Virus record (IMG/VR): IMGVR_UViG_3300044568_002560
Strand: one strand, 5' to 3'
Origin: an uncultured virus (IMG/VR IMGVR_UViG_3300044568_002560)
Lineage: Duplodnaviria > Heunggongvirae > Uroviricota > Caudoviricetes > Ackermannviridae
Length of the DNA: 64,000 nt
A program made the translations under genes and the position numbers. Below are positions 59,339 through 64,000 of this stretch, piece after piece (within the stretch, counting starts at the first letter, position 1; each line of letters starts with the position of its first letter). The notes beneath the pieces are model-generated. The model saw only the letters and a list, made by a program, of their open reading frames with translations. It made no database searches and was not told the DNA's origin.

Positions 59339-61492
59339 ATGGCGAAGAAATCAAAAAAAGGGCCAGGTAGAGGACGATCAGCAAGCGAGAAAGATCCGGC
59401 GACTGGTCGTTTTAAAACCAAAACCACTTCTGCCACAACCACAACAACCACGGTTACAGCAGCACCATCTGCACCTGCTGCGGCTCCTGCCGGCCCAACT
59501 GTAACACCTGAACAAATCACAGAAGAAATTTCTGGTTTCCGAAAAGCCCTTCTTCAAACCATGAATGACTTGGGAGGAGAACAGTCTGAACTTCAAGACG
59601 CTGTTCTTGACGGTTTACGCCAAACAGCAGAAGTATTGGTGTCTGAAAATGAAAACATCTTTGGCAAACGATACGACAAGACCGTAGATCAATCTGCTGC
59701 ATATGAAATTCTTGAAAGTGTGGTTCGTCTTGGAGAAATGGCAGTACGGGCTAAAACTGTACAAGAAAAACGCAAAATTCTACAACGCCTGCAAACCTAT
59801 AAAAAGGTAACAAACAAAGTATTTGGTACAGGTGGTGGCAGAGAATCAGCAATTGCAGGCAAGATACTAGAAATGATTGCCAAGATTGAAAAGCCACTTT
59901 CCAAAGAAAGCGGTGTCAAGGCTGCGGCTAAAGAAAAAATAACAGACTTTGCCAAAAAGATTCCCGAAAGAATGGCAGCAAAAATTCCACTCATTGGTGG
60001 TATTTTAAGTCGATCTCTGCAAAGCCGCCGTGAACGAAAAGAAGAAGAAGCAGAAGCCCTTTCAACACTGGCTGGAGAGATTTCTCAAGCAGGACGAACC
60101 AGCCTATACGGCAGACGGGGAGGAGCAGAAATAGAGCCGTCGCCGTCCCTGATGGGTGGGGCAGACACAACTCCACCAATTCCGGGTGGCACTACTGTGT
60201 CTAAAATTATGGGTGGAGGCAAATCCACAGGAGTGTTTGGTGGAAAGGCAGTAGTAGACACACTAACAAATATTCTATCCCAAGTAAAAGACATTAAATC
60301 CATTTTGGTTGACCAATACGATCCTGCCCAAGAAGAATTGAAAAAAGAAGAAGCCAAAAGAGAAGCAGAGAACGCCAAGGCTGGAATGTTTGGAAAACTA
60401 AAGAAAATGATGGGATTAGGTGGAGGAGGGGCTGAAGTTAAAAAAGAGGGTGGCGGCATAAGCGGAATGATTGGTAGTATGCTTGGTGGCATAAAAGAGT
60501 ACATACCCGCTGTTGCTAGCACGATAGCAGGATTTGCTCCTTCTGTTGTTGGTGGATTAGCGGCAGCAGCACCAGTGGCAGGAGCAGTTCTTGGTGGAGC
60601 AGCAATTGGATTAGGTGGTGCGTACTTGGTAAACAAAGGAGTTGACACTCTTTTTGGAACTAATCTAGCAGATAAAATGATGGAGTCTGATACTTGGACA
60701 TTTGGAGATGTGGAAAGAGACAGACAGCGCGCAGAAATGGACAAGAAAATAGAAACAGCACACCAAGCAGCAGTATCGTCTCCAGAATATACAGCAAAAA
60801 GAGCAACAGATCCAAGACAGTTAGCACAACTTGTGCGTGAAGGCAAAATGTCTGGCACTCAAGCACTAATGGAATTGTCAACCTATGAGAGTCAAAATGG
60901 TGCAGGAGAAGATACAGAATTTTTCAAAAGCAAGATCATGGAAGCAGATCCGACTGCTGTTGCTCTTCCACCTCTACCTCCTGTTCCCGAACAAATTCCA
61001 CCAGTCGCGGGAACAATTGAGAAAACAACACCTGCCGCAGCAATTCCAGAAGCATCAAATGGAAAAGCATCAATACAAAGAGAAATTGACACAATCAATG
61101 AAGAGATGCGAAAACTAGAAGTTGTCGCTCAAGACCCCGATCCTTCAAATCCATATAGAACTATTGAAGGACAAAATAAACTAAACGCACGGCGAGCAGA
61201 ACTAAACACAAGGCGGCAAAGTCTGTACACTCAAATGTATTCAATGGAGAGCGGAACCATTGTTCCCCCATCAACCCCGTCAACCGATGTGGGCAGAACA
61301 ACCATGCAACTAGACAGCGCACGAGATGCAGCAGAACAAGCCAAGCAAATGGATTCCGCACCTGCACCCACAGTAAATGCAGTCAATGCTCCCAAGACAA
61401 CCAACAACGCTATTACCGTGAACAACAACACGGGAGCGGGTGTACGAAACAACGATCCCACTCTAAAGTCCGCAGAACGCGCATCTCTATAA
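59339..61492 (+). CDS. Tape-measure-like protein (gp29-like)
   Basis: 717-aa helical, Gly/Ala-rich hydrophobic core, VNAPKTTNN C-terminus; follows gp26/gp51. Confidence 0.6.
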   Translation: MAKKSKKGPGRGRSASEKDPATGRFKTKTTSATTTTTTVTAAPSAPAAAPAGPTVTPEQITEEISGFRKALLQTMNDLGGEQSELQDAVLDGLRQTAEVLVSENENIFGKRYDKTVDQSAAYEILESVVRLGEMAVRAKTVQEKRKILQRLQTYKKVTNKVFGTGGGRESAIAGKILEMIAKIEKPLSKESGVKAAAKEKITDFAKKIPERMAAKIPLIGGILSRSLQSRRERKEEEAEALSTLAGEISQAGRTSLYGRRGGAEIEPSPSLMGGADTTPPIPGGTTVSKIMGGGKSTGVFGGKAVVDTLTNILSQVKDIKSILVDQYDPAQEELKKEEAKREAENAKAGMFGKLKKMMGLGGGGAEVKKEGGGISGMIGSMLGGIKEYIPAVASTIAGFAPSVVGGLAAAAPVAGAVLGGAAIGLGGAYLVNKGVDTLFGTNLADKMMESDTWTFGDVERDRQRAEMDKKIETAHQAAVSSPEYTAKRATDPRQLAQLVREGKMSGTQALMELSTYESQNGAGEDTEFFKSKIMEADPTAVALPPLPPVPEQIPPVAGTIEKTTPAAAIPEASNGKASIQREIDTINEEMRKLEVVAQDPDPSNPYRTIEGQNKLNARRAELNTRRQSLYTQMYSMESGTIVPPSTPSTDVGRTTMQLDSARDAAEQAKQMDSAPAPTVNAVNAPKTTNNAITVNNNTGAGVRNNDPTLKSAERASL

Positions 61493-61523
61493 AAGAAAAA
61501 GGCACGCCGAAGCGTGCCCTTTT
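61491..61523. terminator. Bidirectional terminator between convergent gp29-like and gp32
   Basis: AAAAGAAAAA-GGCACGC-CGAA-GCGTGCC-CTTTT (UUCG loop on the minus strand). Confidence 0.9.
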
Positions 61524-61543
61524 CGTGCCGTGAAGGTGAGCGA

Positions 61544-62491
61544 TTACTCGTCGCCTGCCAACTTCTCAAAGTACGACAGCGCGTCCTCCGAGTCATCACT
61601 AGACTCCACCACACGCTTCTGCTCCTTATTGGGAGCAGGAGCAGCCACAGGCTTGCGCGTCTGGGGACGCGGGGTTTCGTCTTCATCATCAAAAGAGGCA
61701 GTTTCCGCACCACCCTTCGCAGCGGATTCGTTGACAGACGCACGGATATCACCACCGAGAATCTCGTGGAGCCGTGTCTTCAACTCATCGTAAGACTTGA
61801 AATTCTTGGGATCAGTAAACTCCTTGAGAGGATGCTGCTTCTTCCACAACTCCTCAAGAGCCTTGTCGTCTCCACCCATTAGCGGAGCAGATTCAGCGAA
61901 CTCGCTGCGGTCGTAGTTCACATAGCCGTCCACCTGACGAATCTTCAACTTGAAGTCTGCGCCACCCCAAAAATCAAATGGGTTCAGCGGCTTCTCGTCC
62001 TGATATTCAGGATTCATGGCACTCTGAATCTTCTCAAAAATCTTCTTGCCGTAACGGAACAGGAACACCTTGCCCTCGTTTTCAGGATTCTTGGGATCGC
62101 TGACCACAAGAATGTTGCTGACATACGACAGGCGACGCTTGCGGTCACGAGCCAACTTCTTGTCCTCGTCGCTACCGCTGTTCCACAACTGCGAATTCAG
62201 TTCCGAAACCGGATCCTTTAGACCAATGGTGGTGAGCGAATTCTCAATGTACCAACCACCCGGACCACGGAAACCGTGATTCCACACTCGTGCCCACGGC
62301 AGGTCTTCACCTTCAACCGCAGGTAGGAAGCGGATCACCGCGTATCCGTTAGAAGTCTTGTCTAGTGCGGGCTTCCAAAATCGGTCGTCCTTGTAGGACT
62401 CTGAACGCTTGTTCAGTTTTTCCATTTCAGCCGCAAGGGACTGGTAGGAAGTGGGCGACTTGGAACGGCTCTTCATATCCTTGAAACTCAT
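61544..62491 (-). CDS. 32: ssDNA-binding protein gp32
   Basis: DDRFWK, AVIRFLP, WYIENSLTTIG, YGKKIF, acidic tail. Confidence 0.97.
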   Translation of the reverse strand: MSFKDMKSRSKSPTSYQSLAAEMEKLNKRSESYKDDRFWKPALDKTSNGYAVIRFLPAVEGEDLPWARVWNHGFRGPGGWYIENSLTTIGLKDPVSELNSQLWNSGSDEDKKLARDRKRRLSYVSNILVVSDPKNPENEGKVFLFRYGKKIFEKIQSAMNPEYQDEKPLNPFDFWGGADFKLKIRQVDGYVNYDRSEFAESAPLMGGDDKALEELWKKQHPLKEFTDPKNFKSYDELKTRLHEILGGDIRASVNESAAKGGAETASFDDEDETPRPQTRKPVAAPAPNKEQKRVVESSDDSEDALSYFEKLAGDE

Positions 62492-62553
62492 GCGTATCTC
62501 CTTGTACTATTTGTACTGTGTGTTGATGTGTTGACGAACAATTCAGACACAGG

Positions 62554-62593
62554 TATTTAGGAGCAATATACCCCAATACCTACGGCTTGTCAA
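62554..62593 (-). promoter_or_regulatory. Tandem sigma70-like and late promoters for gp32
   Basis: TTGACA-N17-TATATT followed by CTAAATA. Confidence 0.75.
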
Positions 62594-62596
62594 GTG

Positions 62597-62830
62597 TCAA
62601 ATAGGAAGTTTTGCCTTCTTGGGAAGCAGATTCAAATTCTGTCCTTCAGCCCGTATCTTTTCAATTATGGGCTTGTTCAGGAATTTAGCGGCTACTTGGG
62701 GTTCAATCCCGTACCGCTCACACACCGCAATCACGGAGTCAATATACGAAACTCCATATTTTTGAGCGTGTACTTCTACTTCTTTAGGAAACCGTGCATT
62801 GTTTACTTCCATATCCAACCTTTCGTTCAT
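62597..62830 (-). CDS. 33: Late transcription coactivator gp33
   Basis: SYIDSVIAVCE..IE, EKIRAEGQNLNLLPK. Confidence 0.88.
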   Translation of the reverse strand: MNERLDMEVNNARFPKEVEVHAQKYGVSYIDSVIAVCERYGIEPQVAAKFLNKPIIEKIRAEGQNLNLLPKKAKLPI

Positions 62831-62873
62831 GCGTCATATTTAGCGTGCTGCATTCCACTGATGCGTTGGCAGC

Positions 62874-62901
62874 ATCATACACGCAAAAACCGCGTTGTCA
62901 A
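62874..62901 (-). promoter_or_regulatory. Sigma70-like promoter upstream of gp33
   Basis: TTGACA-N16-TATGAT. Confidence 0.65.
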
Positions 62902-62940
62902 CGCTGAAATAATGCGATTTCTGTTTAAACGGTTTTGCAG

Positions 62941-63085
62941 AAGGAATGGGGCGTTTTACCCCTTAACCGTGCCGCCAGTCTATCCGCACCCCCAAATGCA
63001 GCACAGGGCATCCACGGCGGCTGTACAGCACGGAAATCCCTGTTTCCACCACCCTATGCCGTAGATTATGGGACTGCCTGTTATC
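62941..63085 (-). ncRNA. Candidate structured RNA, family unknown
   Basis: GC-rich intergenic stretch with several complementary segments including G-U pairs (see findings). Confidence 0.4.
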
Positions 63086-63089
63086 GGAC

Positions 63090-63188
63090 TTATTTGAGAG
63101 ACAGCAGGTACTTGGTTTGGTTCAGCACCGCTAGCATCTCGTCCCGAATATTTGAAAGATCGGTATCATCGTCTTCCAAATACTTCAA
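63090..63188 (-). pseudogene. C-terminal fragment of a ferritin-like DUF5856-type protein
   Basis: Manual translation LKYLEDDDTDLSNIRDEMLAVLNQTKYLLSLK*; in-frame stops lie just upstream. Confidence 0.7.
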
Positions 63189-63373
63189 GTATTTAGGAGG
63201 CGGCTATCCTTCCGATTAGAGCGTTCTGCGGATTTCCATAAGCCTTCGCTAAACCCTGCGTGGCGACCGTGTGCGTATCCCGTGGAATACGCCCGTCTGT
63301 AAAACCACATTTGGGCAGCAACGAATGCGGACAGCCCCGAAACAATAAGAAATACAATCTGTAGGTCTTCCAT
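63185..63373 (-). CDS. Small single-TM protein
   Basis: MEDLQIVFLIVSGLSAFVAAQMW, then a GY..G...GF motif. Confidence 0.65.
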   Translation of the reverse strand: MEDLQIVFLIVSGLSAFVAAQMWFYRRAYSTGYAHGRHAGFSEGLWKSAERSNRKDSRLLNT

Positions 63374-63425
63374 ACTGGTATGTTGATTTGGGAAGAGTGT
63401 TGAACTAGGTCTTAACAATGAAAAA

Positions 63426-63498
63426 TGGCGAAGGTTGGAATTGAACCAACGACTTATCCCGTATGAAAGGATTGTTCTGCCATCTGAACTACTTCGCC
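63426..63498 (-). tRNA. tRNA-CAU (probably elongator Met), no encoded CCA
   Basis: Cloverleaf: GGCGAAG/CTTCGCC acceptor, ATCCT-TTCATAC-GGGAT anticodon arm, GTTCAA T-loop. Confidence 0.9.
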
Positions 63499-63519
63499 AA
63501 ACAACAAACGCAGATTAAG

Positions 63520-63592
63520 TGAGCCTACGGAGATTCGAACTCCGGTCAAGAGGATGAAAGCCTCCTATCCTAGACCACTAGACGATAGGCCC
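63520..63592 (-). tRNA. tRNA-Glu(UUC), no encoded CCA
   Basis: GGGCCTA/TAGGCTC acceptor, GGAGG-CTTTCAT-CCTCT anticodon arm, GTTCGAAT T-loop. Confidence 0.92.
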
Positions 63593-63647
63593 GTAATCTG
63601 ATCTTTTCAACCGCTGCGAGGGAAAGACCAGTAGAAACCTGAACGGT

Positions 63648-63977
63648 TCAGTAGGGGTATCCGTACTGACCGTAGTTAGGAACAACCACGGGAACCACAG
63701 GAACTGCACCGTAGCCACCATACGGCATACCCATACCAACACCACCCATGCCCATGCCACCGCCGTAGATTGGGCCGTAACCGTAATCACGCACATGAAC
63801 CGACTGCTCGTTCGTGCCCGTGAAGTTGGGATTATAGTTGTAGCCATTGCTCTTGTTCACATAAGTCTCCACCTTGCCATCAGGCATGGTCACGGTTCGC
63901 GTGATGTCGGTTTGCGTGTAGCAACCAAAACCACAGAACAGGAAAGACGAAACAAGGGCAGTAGACGCGAATCGCAT
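63648..63977 (-). CDS. Putative lipoprotein with Gly/Tyr/Pro-rich tail
   Basis: Signal peptide ending FGC (lipobox-like); GGAGA RBS. Confidence 0.6.
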   Translation of the reverse strand: MRFASTALVSSFLFCGFGCYTQTDITRTVTMPDGKVETYVNKSNGYNYNPNFTGTNEQSVHVRDYGYGPIYGGGMGMGGVGMGMPYGGYGAVPVVPVVVPNYGQYGYPY

Positions 63978-64000
63978 TTTGAATGTCTCCGTTTTCAGAA

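Noticed and set aside
63001..63020. GCACAGGGCA resembling the start of a c-di-GMP-I riboswitch
   Set aside because: The following AACC, GNRA loop and receptor elements are absent.
63090..63240. TAG readthrough restoring a full ferritin-like gene
   Set aside because: An in-frame TAA lies four codons upstream of the TAG, and the upstream frame does not resemble the family.
62941..63520. Theta/HDV-like ribozyme, tmRNA, RNase P or SRP RNA near the tRNAs
   Set aside because: tRNA 3' trailers are short and U-rich; the structured element lacks room for HDV P3/L3 and lacks the conserved signatures of the other RNAs.
1..64000. CRISPR array
   Set aside because: No regularly spaced repeat-spacer structure was seen.

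Overview
A 64-kb segment of a T4-like (Tevenvirinae/Kyanoviridae-type gene order) myovirus genome, almost entirely on the minus strand. From right to left it holds: a lipoprotein, two tRNAs, gp33 and gp32; a plus-strand block (gp4, gp2, gp54, gp26, gp51, gp29-like); the baseplate module (gp48, gp53, hub, gp5, PAAR, putative holin, gp25, gp6, gp7, gp8, VrlC-like); a fibre gene followed by seven short fibre-tip genes; neck, terminase, tail and head genes (gp13 to gp23, gp3); recombination/replication genes (uvsY, dCMP deaminase, uvsW, gp55, gp47, gp46, RNase H, gp45, gp44, gp62, regA); and an AT-rich sugar biosynthesis/glycosyltransferase island running off the left edge. The most interesting signal is a strong enrichment of the tripeptide G-[AVILMF]-[T/S/C] in surface-exposed virion proteins but not in replication or packaging enzymes, in the same genome as the glycosylation island. 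I interpret this as a candidate virion-wide O/S-glycosylation sequon (inference, untested). Also notable: a modular fibre-tip array with mosaic C1q paralogues, a candidate pseudoknotted ncRNA, a truncated ferritin-like gene at a palindrome, apparently leaderless late genes, and no primary TAG stops. All calls come from motif recognition and synteny by eye; no searches were run.
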